Shown one piece after another: positions 18,019-26,968 of a DNA stretch of 64,000 nt (within the stretch, counting starts at the first letter, position 1; the number at the start of each line of letters is the position of its first letter). Below the pieces are notes generated by a model. That model was given only the letters and a program-made list of their open reading frames with translations, was not told where the DNA came from and searched no databases. The DNA comes from a virus (taxonomy: Duplodnaviria > Caudoviricetes): positions 1 through 64,000 of the IMG/VR virus record IMGVR_UViG_3300025915_000004, one strand, 5' to 3'. A program made the position numbers and the translations under genes.

Positions 18019-18237
18019 TCAGTAGGGCAGTTCGTCGGGCTCCATGGAGAAGAACGTGACAACGACTTGGCTCCTCGACCAGCCTCTGTCCGTGCACATC
18101 TCGGCCAGGGTGTCGTTGAACACCTTGCTGCGGGTCGTCCTGGCGGGCGGGACGATGACCTTCGCGGTCGATCCGATCTCGTATCCGCTGTTGAAGCCCA
18201 CTCGCGTCGCGCTCATGGTCACGAAGTACTTCTTCAC
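18019..18237 (-). CDS. Hypothetical protein
   Basis: GGAGGAG SD, GTG start. Confidence 0.6.
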   Translation of the reverse strand: MKKYFVTMSATRVGFNSGYEIGSTAKVIVPPARTTRSKVFNDTLAEMCTDRGWSRSQVVVTFFSMEPDELPY

Positions 18238-18324
18238 GGCCGGCTCCTCCGGGTTCGGTCGGTCTGAGAGCTGCGCGCGGAAGCGATTCGCGCGCAGCTT
18301 TCGGCCCGGCCGGGCCTTTGTACG

Positions 18325-18546
18325 TCAGCTCTCTACGTCCGTGCGGAAGTCGTCTTCTGCATGCCGCAGTCGGTCCAGTCTGACCACCGCGCTGCCGTGT
18401 GTTGTGGTCTGCACATCGCTGACCATGAGATCAGCTTCGAACAGCCGGTCCCCACGGCGCTGCGACAGCAGTGCGATGGCGTCTTCGGTGAGCTGGTACT
18501 CGATCGGCATGTCGACGTTCTCGATCATCTCAGTGCCTTCCTTCAC
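18325..18546 (-). CDS. Hypothetical protein
   Basis: Acidic ORF in operon. Confidence 0.55.
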   Translation of the reverse strand: MKEGTEMIENVDMPIEYQLTEDAIALLSQRRGDRLFEADLMVSDVQTTTHGSAVVRLDRLRHAEDDFRTDVES

Positions 18547-18718
18547 GGTTCAGGCGCTCGGCGCGCTCGTTGGCCTCGGCTTTCGATCCGCGCCAGGTGT
18601 ACTCCATCCCGGTGATCTTCACATCGGCGCGCTCGACCCTGTCGAACACGCTGTACGTGTCGAAGGCGTGGCCGGGTACGGCGACGTAGCGGACAGCGGG
18701 CTCGGTCTCAGCGTCCAT
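18530..18718 (-). CDS. Hypothetical protein
   Basis: ATG at 18718 with GGGAG SD. Confidence 0.5.
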   Translation of the reverse strand: MDAETEPAVRYVAVPGHAFDTYSVFDRVERADVKITGMEYTWRGSKAEANERAERLNREGRH

Positions 18719-19229
18719 CGGTCTCTCCCAGTGCCTTGAGCAGGTCGGTACGGCTGATCGTCTTGCGCTTGTAGCTCTCGCGCGCCAGCTTGCGCACCTT
18801 GGCCAGGGCGATGGCGTCAGCCGAGGAACCGCCGTGCGCCCAGCTCGCAACTTCGAGATTGGTCAGCTTGGTGCCGCTGTTCAGCTCGTCCACGTTGTGC
18901 ACGGTGCCGATGTGGTCTAGCTCGGCGATGAAGCTGTCGGGCATGACGGCTGCGGCGATGTGCGCCATGCGGCTGTAGGCCTTCATGCGCGTCTCCAGCA
19001 GCGTGCGCGTCTCCACCGCGATCTTGAAAGCGCGCTGCTCGTCCTCCACGTCGCGCAGCAGGCCGGCGTCATCCAGCAGCTGGAGCACGCCGAGCAGGTA
19101 GTCGCGGGCGTGGAAGAGGATCCAGCGCTTCTGGTCGAACTTCGCCAGCACGCGCTGAACGAGCTCGGACACGCGATCCTCGTGCAGGTACTGTGCGGCT
19201 TCTGCGGAGTTGTCCTGGCCGACGGCCAT
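18708..19229 (-). CDS. Hypothetical protein
   Basis: ATG at 19229 preceded by GTTCAGGGAGGA. Confidence 0.7.
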   Translation of the reverse strand: MAVGQDNSAEAAQYLHEDRVSELVQRVLAKFDQKRWILFHARDYLLGVLQLLDDAGLLRDVEDEQRAFKIAVETRTLLETRMKAYSRMAHIAAAVMPDSFIAELDHIGTVHNVDELNSGTKLTNLEVASWAHGGSSADAIALAKVRKLARESYKRKTISRTDLLKALGETDGR

Positions 19230-19264
19230 GTTCCTTGATCCTCCCTGAACGAATCGTGCGGTTC

Positions 19265-19489
19265 TCAGCCTTCGAGGGCGGTCCAGCCGTACGCCTCGCC
19301 GAAGTAGAGGCGCTGGCGCCGTCCGCCGGTGCGGGCGCCGTTCTCGTCCACCGGCAGCAGCCACGCGAACGACGCCGGGGCGTCGTCGGTGCCCGCGTCC
19401 ACCATGGTGAACCGCTTGCCGGCCGGGGAGACCAGCACGGTGCCGAATTCGGTGTTGTCCAGATCAATCATGGCGACGGCGGCAGACAT
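19265..19489 (-). CDS. Hypothetical protein
   Basis: ATG at 19489 preceded by GTTCAGGGAGGA and the 13-bp motif. Confidence 0.65.
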   Translation of the reverse strand: MSAAVAMIDLDNTEFGTVLVSPAGKRFTMVDAGTDDAPASFAWLLPVDENGARTGGRRQRLYFGEAYGWTALEG

Positions 19490-19517
19490 CTCGATCCTCC
19501 CTGAACGGAACCTGTTA

Positions 19518-19530
19518 ACTGATGACAACT
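19518..19530 (-). promoter_or_regulatory. 13-bp early-gene motif AGTTGTCATCAGT, copy 1
   Basis: Exact copy overlapping a TATAGT -10-like hexamer. Confidence 0.8.
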
Positions 19531-19553
19531 ATAGCGCGTCCCAGCGGCCCGCA

Positions 19554-19700
19554 CTACGGCAGAGCGCCGGTGAATTTGCCGATCAGCCACAACGCGGCCG
19601 ATCCGCCTGCCCAAATGCCCAACGCCGCAAAGGTCAGTGCGATAAGCACCCCCGCGACGTTGGCCAGGCGGATCGGCAGCGATGTGCGGCGGCGGTTCAT
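19554..19700 (-). CDS. 48-aa membrane protein not in the ORF track
   Basis: MNRRRTSLPIRLANVAGVLIALTFAALGIWAGGSAALWLIGKFTGALP; start overlaps the MazG-like stop. Confidence 0.55.
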   Translation of the reverse strand: MNRRRTSLPIRLANVAGVLIALTFAALGIWAGGSAALWLIGKFTGALP

Positions 19701-20107
19701 CAGGCGTCTGTTGCCTGACGGGCCAGCACGGCGGTCACGTTCGGCTTGCGGTAATTCGGACCCTTGACGACCTTGCCGTCGATCACGATGGGCTGGCCGT
19801 CGTCGTCGAGCTTGGTCATGTTCGCGGCGTGCACCTCGGCGAGCACCGCATCCAGGTCGATCCCGTACGTCAGCGCAGTGCCGTAGAGCACATATACGCA
19901 GTCCGCCAGCTCCTGCGCCACACCGTCGAGGCTGCCGTGCAGCATCGCGTCGTAGACCTCGGTGACCTCGGACAGCAGCAACTGGTGGCGCTGCCTCGCC
20001 AATCCCGCGTCGACCAGCGCAGGCAGTTCGGCCATCGGCAGGCGGAACCTCTCGTGAAACTCGCGCACCAGGTCAGCCGGACTTCTGTTCATTCCCCCAC
20101 ACTCCAT
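19700..20107 (-). CDS. MazG-like / PRA-PH-family nucleotide pyrophosphohydrolase
   Basis: VREFH...SEVTE...QELADCVYV...EVHAANMTK...GKVVKGPNYRKP. Confidence 0.85.
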   Translation of the reverse strand: MECGGMNRSPADLVREFHERFRLPMAELPALVDAGLARQRHQLLLSEVTEVYDAMLHGSLDGVAQELADCVYVLYGTALTYGIDLDAVLAEVHAANMTKLDDDGQPIVIDGKVVKGPNYRKPNVTAVLARQATDA

Positions 20108-20409
20108 CTCGATCGTTCTGCTCCTTCACCCTGCTCCACGGTCCGAGAGCGCCGAGGGTGAACAGGCGGGCCTCCACCGTTCGGCGCCGATGCCTCCACA
20201 CAGCGCGCCGGATCCGTCTATCCGGCCGTGGCTGCCGCATCACCTGGTCGTGCTGCGCCCACTTCACCGCGGACGCCTACGCGACGGCTTCATGATCCGG
20301 AGCTGGGTCTTCCCGAATGCGACGTACAGGGAGTCATGGCCGCGCCAGATGATCCGGCGCCTGGACTCGCGTGCGCGCCAGATGCCGTTTTCCCTGTGCC
20401 TGCCCCACA

Positions 20410-20652
20410 TCATCGGCGCCGCTCCTTCTGCTGCGGCACCAGCGGATCCCAGCGCTGCATCCACCTGAACCCAGGCACGGCGGGCACCGTGATCAGGGTC
20501 ACCTGTGCCCATGACGTCAGATGCCAGAACTGGCGGCCGAGCCACTGCGTCAGGTGCCAGATCGCATTGAAATCCGCCGGGCTCAGGCGCACATGCGAGC
20601 CGCCTCCGCGCGAGCTGCCGCGCGCCTCGATGGCGACGAGGATCAGGTTCAC
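20410..20652 (-). CDS. Hypothetical protein
   Basis: GTG at 20652 overlaps the DUF4031 stop. Confidence 0.45.
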   Translation of the reverse strand: MNLILVAIEARGSSRGGGSHVRLSPADFNAIWHLTQWLGRQFWHLTSWAQVTLITVPAVPGFRWMQRWDPLVPQQKERRR

Positions 20653-20981
20653 CCGATCGCCGCCTTCGCCTTCTGCGCCGCCTCGAACCGCGCGTCGATG
20701 ATCGGGCCGATGTCCCGGATCCCGATCGGTTTCGCGCCGAGCCGGATCGCCAGCTCCCGCTTGCGATCGATCACGTCGTAGTGCCAGCTCTCCGCGGCGC
20801 GCGATCCCGGCGTGGCTTCCAGCTTGCCGTCCACACACGGGTCCTGGAACCACTCACGGCGCAGGCCGAGCCGCTCCGCGAACGCGTGCAGCTCCTCCGG
20901 CGTGTCCGCGATCAGGTGCGACCACCGGCCGGCCAGACCGCGCACCCGGGCCGGAATCCGCGCGTCGTCCACGTAGATCAT
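20649..20981 (-). CDS. DUF4031-family protein
   Basis: MIYVDD...WSHLIADTPEELHAFAERLGLRREWFQ...HYDV...AIRLGA. Confidence 0.85.
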   Translation of the reverse strand: MIYVDDARIPARVRGLAGRWSHLIADTPEELHAFAERLGLRREWFQDPCVDGKLEATPGSRAAESWHYDVIDRKRELAIRLGAKPIGIRDIGPIIDARFEAAQKAKAAIG

Positions 20982-21682
20982 TGGAACGCCACCCCGCCAT
21001 CGACCGTACCCACGAACGTGAATCCGGGCGGAGCCGGCTGCGCATCATGCCCGTCAGCCGGATGCGTGTGGTGCGACCACCAGGCATCCAGGACTTCGTA
21101 TTCGCCCGCGCCGCTGCCCTGCTGGTGCTCGACGTACTCGATCTCGCCGCCGCAGACCGCGCACACGCCGATGTCGCCGTGCTTCGGCTGGTCCACGTGC
21201 GAGACCTTCCAAGACGACGTGGCCGGGTCGAAGGGCTCGGTTTCGCTTCTGAGCACCGCATTGTGTGCGACGAGCGGCGGCTTCAGGTGCTCCCACCAGC
21301 GGGTGACCGCCACTCCGGTCGTACCTGCGGCCTCCTCGTGGAACTCGATCAGGCCGTCGCAGACCTTGCAGACACCCCGCCTGGCTGTCGGCTGCTGCTT
21401 CTCTTCGACCAGCGGCTCGATCGCCGACCACAGCGGTGACAGGTGTTTGATCGCGGCGTCCCACAGCGGCCTGATGACATTTGCCGCGGCCTTGACCGCC
21501 TCGGTCAGCTTGAGGTTGTCCTCGCGCAGCTGCTTGTTCTCGGCCGCCAGGGCGCGGATCGAGCCGATGGTGAGCGTGCTCTGCACGGCATCATCGTGGT
21601 ACGCACGGTCGATGGCATAGCTGTCGGGTATGTCCCGGGTCAGTTCAAGGTACCCCGGAAGATCTTCCCTGTCCCCTTTCAT
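20978..21682 (-). CDS. Hypothetical protein with two CxxC-containing repeats
   Basis: GVCKVCDGLIEF...WWEH and GVCAVCGGEIEY...WWSH internal duplication; coiled-coil N-half. Confidence 0.65.
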   Translation of the reverse strand: MKGDREDLPGYLELTRDIPDSYAIDRAYHDDAVQSTLTIGSIRALAAENKQLREDNLKLTEAVKAAANVIRPLWDAAIKHLSPLWSAIEPLVEEKQQPTARRGVCKVCDGLIEFHEEAAGTTGVAVTRWWEHLKPPLVAHNAVLRSETEPFDPATSSWKVSHVDQPKHGDIGVCAVCGGEIEYVEHQQGSGAGEYEVLDAWWSHHTHPADGHDAQPAPPGFTFVGTVDGGVAFQ

Positions 21683-22044
21683 CCGAACGGCCCTCCCCCG
21701 TTCATGCCCATCCCCGGAGGCATGCCTGCTCCGCCGGGGACCGGCAGGTGCAGGCCGCTGGTGGTCTTCAGCTGGATCGCGGTGATATGGCTCCAACACA
21801 GGTCCAGCACGCCGATCTGCAACAGGGATCCGTTGATGCCCTGCGCCACGGCGAGCGCGGGCTGCGGGACGTCGTCCTGCGTGCCGTCGATCACCGTGAC
21901 CGTTCCGTCCGGCGCGACGGCCGCCGCGGCGATGTCGGCCTGGTGCGCCTCGTTCACGGCGTTCTTCCAGGTGTAGGCGCACACGAAGCACCAGCGTTCG
22001 CCGGGCGGCGGCGTGGGGCCCTTGTAGACCACTTCTGCGACCAT
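21679..22044 (-). CDS. Hypothetical protein (CFVC ... CWSH)
   Basis: ATG at 22044 with GAGAGAAGG SD. Confidence 0.6.
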   Translation of the reverse strand: MVAEVVYKGPTPPPGERWCFVCAYTWKNAVNEAHQADIAAAAVAPDGTVTVIDGTQDDVPQPALAVAQGINGSLLQIGVLDLCWSHITAIQLKTTSGLHLPVPGGAGMPPGMGMNGGGPFG

Positions 22045-22430
22045 CAGTGTCCTTCTCTCATCAGTGTGTCCCGCCGTGCGGCGGTGGTCTGCGGTGTGTC
22101 GCCGTACCGCGCGGCGTAGTACTCGGCCAGCCAGTTCGGGCAGGCCAGCTCCCACGGGTGCAGCGGCTTCGGCTCGCGCGGGATGAAGACGGCCGGACAG
22201 TACAGAACCGGCAGCTTCGCCTTCTTGCGTCTGCGGCGGGTCACGGGTGACGCCAGGTGCTCAGCCGAGCCAGGTCCCGTGTCCTGTGCGTCGTCGGGTC
22301 GGCCGCTTCGCAGCCGGTGCAGGCGCGGTAGAAGCCGAGAGTGATGTGCCCTTTCACCCAGTCGGCGTACGGCGGCACCAACACCAGCTTCACGACGGTC
22401 GGGCGCACGGCCCGCACCTCCAGGGCGTGC

Positions 22431-22802
22431 TCAGCCATCGCTACCCTCCAGGCGCCGCCGCTCCATGTCGACCTGCGCCTGCGGGACTTCGTGCGGGAAG
22501 CGCGGCGTGGCGGAGGTGGCCGCCAGGCGTCGGCGGATCTCGTCGTCTGTCAGCGGCTTCGACGGCGCGTACTCCGCCACTTCCTTCTCCAGCTCGGTCC
22601 GCGGCAGCGGCCTCAGTGCGTCGATCACCGCCTGCTTGTTCTCCGCCGTGGGGTTGCGCTCATAGGCGCAGATCAGGCACTTGGACTTGTCTCCGGTGTC
22701 CACGCCCATCACGACCGCGCACTTGTCATGCCCGAGCAGCGAGTGCGCGGACGCGATGATCCACCCGACGCCGTCCATCACGCGCTCCGCAGGTGCGCGC
22801 AC
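22431..22802 (-). CDS. Hypothetical protein
   Basis: Coupled ORF. Confidence 0.55.
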   Translation of the reverse strand: MRAPAERVMDGVGWIIASAHSLLGHDKCAVVMGVDTGDKSKCLICAYERNPTAENKQAVIDALRPLPRTELEKEVAEYAPSKPLTDDEIRRRLAATSATPRFPHEVPQAQVDMERRRLEGSDG

Positions 22803-23098
22803 TGGCTCAGGCGCTTGACCTTGACCGCGCGCTGAGGGATGCCGCCTTCCTCAACCAACAGCGAGGCGAGGAACTCCGAGGCGTACTCATTGTCGCGGGC
22901 TACATGCACGGCAGCGTCCGTCAAGCGGGTCAGCCTGTTCTTGAACTCTTCGGTGGACCGGAAATCAAGCCACCACGCAACACCCTGTCCGGTCGCGTAG
23001 ATAGAAGCCTCGTTGACGTACACGCCCCAGTCGTCCACTGCGGCGGCAGCCCGCTCCGCACGCAGCAGCTCGGCCATGATCTCGTCCATCGCGGTCAT
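22778..23098 (-). CDS. Hypothetical protein
   Basis: ATG at 23098 overlaps the upstream stop. Confidence 0.55.
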   Translation of the reverse strand: MTAMDEIMAELLRAERAAAAVDDWGVYVNEASIYATGQGVAWWLDFRSTEEFKNRLTRLTDAAVHVARDNEYASEFLASLLVEEGGIPQRAVKVKRLSQCAHLRSA

Positions 23099-23694
23099 CA
23101 GGACCGCGCACGCTGTGTCAGAACGGCGCGCTCCAGCGCCGTGAGGTCCCACACGGCGGACACGGCCCACAGGTCGCCGCGGATGTACCGGATCAGAGCC
23201 GGATCCTTCGGGGGCGTGACCGGCTTCCACTCCTCGACCTCCCACAGGATGTGGAAGCCGTGCAGCCGGCGCGGCCGGGGCCGAATCGAGGGCGGGATGA
23301 CCGGCACGATCGTCGCGGCGATCCCGCCGACGTGGTGCGGCGGGGCGTCCTGCGGCTGACGCAGGCGCACCGACTTGCTTCCGACTGCGGCGCCTCGGTT
23401 GCTGCGCCAGTCGTTCTCGCTGGAGAAGACCAGGTCCCGCCAGTCCCACCAGCAGAAGCACGTCGGCGCGTCGGCTCGCACGACCGCGATCTTCGGCAGC
23501 CCGCTGTTCTCGAAGTAGCCGCCGAGTCGGATCGCCTCGGACAGCCGGATGACGCCGAGCCCGCGCGCTGCGGCGCGGTATCCGAGCCGGATCGCTTCGT
23601 CCTCCGTGGTGCGGTCGGACGCTAGCTGCGCTTCGTACTCGGCCAGCTTCTCGCGCGCCTCGGCCGGGTCGATGATCAATGTGCCGAGTTCCAT
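23098..23694 (-). CDS. Hypothetical protein, Trp-rich C-terminus
   Basis: Preceded by GTTCAGGGAGGA; C-terminal HILWEVEEW...PPKDPALI...WAVSAVWDLT. Confidence 0.75.
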   Translation of the reverse strand: MELGTLIIDPAEAREKLAEYEAQLASDRTTEDEAIRLGYRAAARGLGVIRLSEAIRLGGYFENSGLPKIAVVRADAPTCFCWWDWRDLVFSSENDWRSNRGAAVGSKSVRLRQPQDAPPHHVGGIAATIVPVIPPSIRPRPRRLHGFHILWEVEEWKPVTPPKDPALIRYIRGDLWAVSAVWDLTALERAVLTQRARS

Positions 23695-23765
23695 GTCCGT
23701 TCCTCCCTGAACTTGTCCTCAGACGAGCCTACAGCGGCCGGCGCGAGCCGACCACTGTAGACGCG

Positions 23766-24014
23766 CTACACCGGTGCCGGATCGCGCAGGTACTCCATGC
23801 GCACCCGGTCGAAGACCGCGGCTTCCCCGGAGGGCAGGGCGTTGGTCGCGTGCACGGGCAGGGCGAACAGCTGCGCGCCGTCGTAGGCGCCGATCGCTTC
23901 GAAGTCGCCGCGGTTGAGCCACAGCTCGCAGTCCTCGTGCACCCAGTAGTACGCCTGGATCCGGGTGTACGAGTCGAGCAGCTTGTACGCGACCGCGGGC
24001 AGTGGAGCCGACAC
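23766..24014 (-). CDS. Hypothetical protein
   Basis: In operon, directly after the Phd-like gene. Confidence 0.6.
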   Translation of the reverse strand: MSAPLPAVAYKLLDSYTRIQAYYWVHEDCELWLNRGDFEAIGAYDGAQLFALPVHATNALPSGEAAVFDRVRMEYLRDPAPV

Positions 24015-24015
24015 G

Positions 24016-24285
24016 TCAGTACCCGCCCCCGACGGCCCGGTTGATGTCGCCCACCACGTCGGCGTCCGGCTGCGTCCACGGCGTGTCGGTGCCGGGTACG
24101 GGGACGATCATCGCGACCCGCCGGCCGTCCTCGACCAGGTACACCGTCTCCGCGTCGTCGATAACCCGGTCGACCAGTTCAACGAGCTGGCCGGGCCAGT
24201 AGCCGGTGCGCCGGTCGATCACCACGCCTTCACTCGCCAGCTCGTTCAGTTCGCCGACCGGCCGGAACTGCTGTTCGTCGCTCAT
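24016..24285 (-). CDS. Phd/YefM-like antitoxin-domain protein
   Basis: QLVELVDRVIDDAETVYLVEDGRRVAMIVP matches the Phd/YefM pattern. Confidence 0.55.
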   Translation of the reverse strand: MSDEQQFRPVGELNELASEGVVIDRRTGYWPGQLVELVDRVIDDAETVYLVEDGRRVAMIVPVPGTDTPWTQPDADVVGDINRAVGGGY

Positions 24286-24494
24286 AGGTGTCCTCCTACG
24301 CTTTTCGTGGTCACGCTCGATGTGGTCAGTCCTGTGCGCTTGATCTTGCCGTTCGGCGAGCGCAGCGCGATGTGCTCGTCCAGCTGGACGAGCGCGCCGA
24401 TCACCTCGTCGAGCATCTCACCCTCGGTCGCGGTATCGGTGATCTCGAACTTCATTGTCACCTCGACCAGCGCGGTCCTCGCCGGCCCGCTCAT
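24282..24494 (-). CDS. Hypothetical protein
   Basis: 4-bp overlaps on both sides. Confidence 0.55.
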   Translation of the reverse strand: MSGPARTALVEVTMKFEITDTATEGEMLDEVIGALVQLDEHIALRSPNGKIKRTGLTTSSVTTKSVGGHL

Positions 24495-24706
24495 TGGTTC
24501 ACCTGGTAGAAGGGGACGATCTGCAAGTGGTCGGACACGCCCAGCTCTCCAAGCGACTCGACAGCGGTCTGTGCCGCTTCGTCGTCCGAATAGATGCCGT
24601 ACACGCCGAGGATCGCTGATCCGTCAGAGTATGCGCGCACGATGGCGCGCATGGGCTTCAGGTTGACACTGTTGATCGACGCTCTCCGCGTCGGCGGCTC
24701 GCTCAC
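24491..24706 (-). CDS. Hypothetical protein
   Basis: GTG at 24706 with GGAGG SD. Confidence 0.55.
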   Translation of the reverse strand: MSEPPTRRASINSVNLKPMRAIVRAYSDGSAILGVYGIYSDDEAAQTAVESLGELGVSDHLQIVPFYQVNQ

Positions 24707-24954
24707 GTCGTCACCTCCGTTATCTGCAAGTCGTAGTCGATCTCGAACGTCGCACCGTCCGGAGCGGCGGGTATGTGCACGTCGCTGCCCTGCCACACGC
24801 CGGTGCCGTCGTCGCCGAAGACGGTCAGCGGCCCGGACATGGCCTTGTGCGGACCGCGGATCTCGTACGACACGGTCAGCCGGCCGCCATGCAGACGCAC
24901 CGCGGTGATCTCGAACCGCTCTCCGTCGCACACCACGTGCCCGAGGCCGCTCAT
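24703..24954 (-). CDS. Hypothetical beta-rich protein
   Basis: ATG at 24954 overlaps the upstream stop. Confidence 0.6.
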   Translation of the reverse strand: MSGLGHVVCDGERFEITAVRLHGGRLTVSYEIRGPHKAMSGPLTVFGDDGTGVWQGSDVHIPAAPDGATFEIDYDLQITEVTT

Positions 24955-25307
24955 GCGTCCACCAGTTCGGGGAACGCTTCGTAGTTGTCGAACATCCGGA
25001 TGAACTCCTGGGTGGCCGAAGGGAATCCGACCCAAGCCTTCAGAGCCGGGCCGCCTTCGTCGTCGCACCCGCTGCGCCAGTCGAAGGCGGTCACGTTGTC
25101 CGCGCCGACCGACACGAACAGCGAGTTCCCGCCGTCCGGGTCGATGCGCTTGGCCACGAACCGCGCGACGGGGCATTGGCACGGCTCCAGGCGTTCCCCC
25201 TTGATCCCTTCCGCCGTCAGGAACGCGGCGACCGCTTCGGCGTCCTCGAACGCGCCCAGTTCGCGCACCGCGTCGAGCACCTTGCGTGCGAACTCCTCCG
25301 GCGTCAC
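24951..25307 (-). CDS. Hypothetical protein
   Basis: GAGGAG SD; C-x-CPVARF motif. Confidence 0.65.
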   Translation of the reverse strand: MTPEEFARKVLDAVRELGAFEDAEAVAAFLTAEGIKGERLEPCQCPVARFVAKRIDPDGGNSLFVSVGADNVTAFDWRSGCDDEGGPALKAWVGFPSATQEFIRMFDNYEAFPELVDA

Positions 25308-25310
25308 GGC

Positions 25311-25901
25311 CTACTCCTCGACTACGGCGAGATCGGCGCCGCGGTACAGCGCGTCCCAGTTCAGCCGACCGTCGGCCAGCAGCACGGGGACGGGCGCCGG
25401 CTCGGCGGCCGAGGTCTGCTCGAACCCTTCCACGTCGCGCAGCACCGGGTGGCCGAAGTCCAGCACGTACCGTCGGCCGGGGGTCAGTTCGTACTCGCGG
25501 CCGTCGACCACCAGCACGGCCATCTGCGGCGCGGCGGCGCGGACCGTCTTGTCGATGAACTCGGTGTATCCGGCGTCGGCCTGAACCGGCGCCGCGCCCC
25601 CAGGCAGGTCGAAGATCGTGCCCTGCCCCTCCTGCGTCCACGTCTCCGCGGCGCCCTCCAAGGAGGCGTTCCACTCCTTCTCCGCGGTGGAGATCACCTC
25701 ATCGCCGTTCAGCCGCTGCCAGTCCTCGCCGAGCCGGGCGGACAGAAGCTGGCCGATCGACTTGGCCGTGTGGACGCGGCCGTAGTTGTTCGTCTCCTTC
25801 AGCTGCTTCCAGGCGCGGGCCATGGCGCCGATCGCGTCCTGCCGCTCGGCCTGCTCCAGCAGCCACGGCCCGAACTTCTTCTTGCCGGTCTCGGTGCTCA
25901 T
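25311..25901 (-). CDS. Protein with an N-terminal YozE/SAM-like domain
   Basis: FGPWLLEQAERQDAIGAMAR resembles the YozE N-terminal pattern. Confidence 0.5.
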   Translation of the reverse strand: MSTETGKKKFGPWLLEQAERQDAIGAMARAWKQLKETNNYGRVHTAKSIGQLLSARLGEDWQRLNGDEVISTAEKEWNASLEGAAETWTQEGQGTIFDLPGGAAPVQADAGYTEFIDKTVRAAAPQMAVLVVDGREYELTPGRRYVLDFGHPVLRDVEGFEQTSAAEPAPVPVLLADGRLNWDALYRGADLAVVEE

Positions 25902-26347
25902 CGGTCTTCCTCCCTGGCGGACTCGGCCGCTGCGGTGATCTGGTGTCTCAGGTCGATGGCGTGCGCCCTCTCGAACTGGTCGAGCAGGACGGCCGCCATC
26001 CGGTGCGCGGCGCACAGGTTCCGGTACCGCTCCTCGTCCTGCTCGTCCAGCCGGGCCAGCGTCGTGTGGTGCCAGCTGATCAGCTCGGTGCGGTGCGCGG
26101 GGTCGTCGTCCCAGCGCACCAGGATGTTGCCGTCCCGGCCGGAGCCGACGCACACGCCGTGCCGGATGACGCCGCGGTCGTTGACCGTGAACGGAACCTC
26201 GACCTTGACGCCGAGCTGCGCCCGCACCTGGTGCCCGAGCGCCGCCAGGGTCTGCGCCTCGTGCAGCGTTCCCGCGACGGTGGTGCTGAAGACGCCCTGC
26301 TCGCTGACCTGGACGGGGTACTCGGCGCCGTGAACGGTGATCTTCAC
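25898..26347 (-). CDS. Hypothetical protein
   Basis: Coupled ORF. Confidence 0.6.
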   Translation of the reverse strand: MKITVHGAEYPVQVSEQGVFSTTVAGTLHEAQTLAALGHQVRAQLGVKVEVPFTVNDRGVIRHGVCVGSGRDGNILVRWDDDPAHRTELISWHHTTLARLDEQDEERYRNLCAAHRMAAVLLDQFERAHAIDLRHQITAAAESAREEDR

Positions 26348-26610
26348 TGGCCAGCCCTCGGGTACTCCAGCGCCAGCCCGCCGAGCTCCGCGACGTGCTT
26401 GACGTCGTAGAGCCAGGAGAAGGTCCCGACGGATACGGTCACGGTCGCCTCAAGGTGGTCGTTCTCCCACCCGGTCAGGTTGTTGCGGATACCGCCCGTC
26501 AGCATGTCCAGCACCTGCTCGGGCGTTGCACGGTCAAGCGGGACGTACTCACCGGTGATGCACTCGGTGCAGCCGCAGCCGAGCGGGTCGATGGCCGTGG
26601 GCTTCCTCAC
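26344..26610 (-). CDS. Hypothetical protein (CGCTEC)
   Basis: GTG at 26610 preceded by GTTCAGGGAAGAAGGAG. Confidence 0.6.
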   Translation of the reverse strand: MRKPTAIDPLGCGCTECITGEYVPLDRATPEQVLDMLTGGIRNNLTGWENDHLEATVTVSVGTFSWLYDVKHVAELGGLALEYPRAGQ

Positions 26611-26651
26611 TGAGCTCTCCTTCTTCCCTGAACTGTTCACTTGTCCGCAGT

Positions 26652-26966
26652 CTACCGTATCGGCGCCTCTTGCAGAAGCCGCATGTCCGGATGCGCCATG
26701 GCGCGGCGGAACTTCGGCCCGTGCGTCCCGCCGTGCGCATTGTCGTCGACCGGGACCCACGCCCGGCACCGCCCCGCGCACGCGTCGTCGCACACGATCA
26801 GCTCGTAGTGCTCCAGGTCCGACCCCCACGCCACGACGGACGTACCGCGGTGTTCGCAGATGTGCGGGCACGGCCCGGCCGCGATGAGCCGGCGCTGCTC
26901 CTGCGGGTAGCCGGCGAACCAGTGGATCACGGTGTCCGGGTGGTCGATGCTCACGTGGCTGCCCAT
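26652..26966 (-). CDS. Cys/His-rich hypothetical protein
   Basis: ATG at 26966; CPHICEH, CDDAC, CRAW. Confidence 0.6.
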   Translation of the reverse strand: MGSHVSIDHPDTVIHWFAGYPQEQRRLIAAGPCPHICEHRGTSVVAWGSDLEHYELIVCDDACAGRCRAWVPVDDNAHGGTHGPKFRRAMAHPDMRLLQEAPIR

Positions 26967-26968
26967 CG

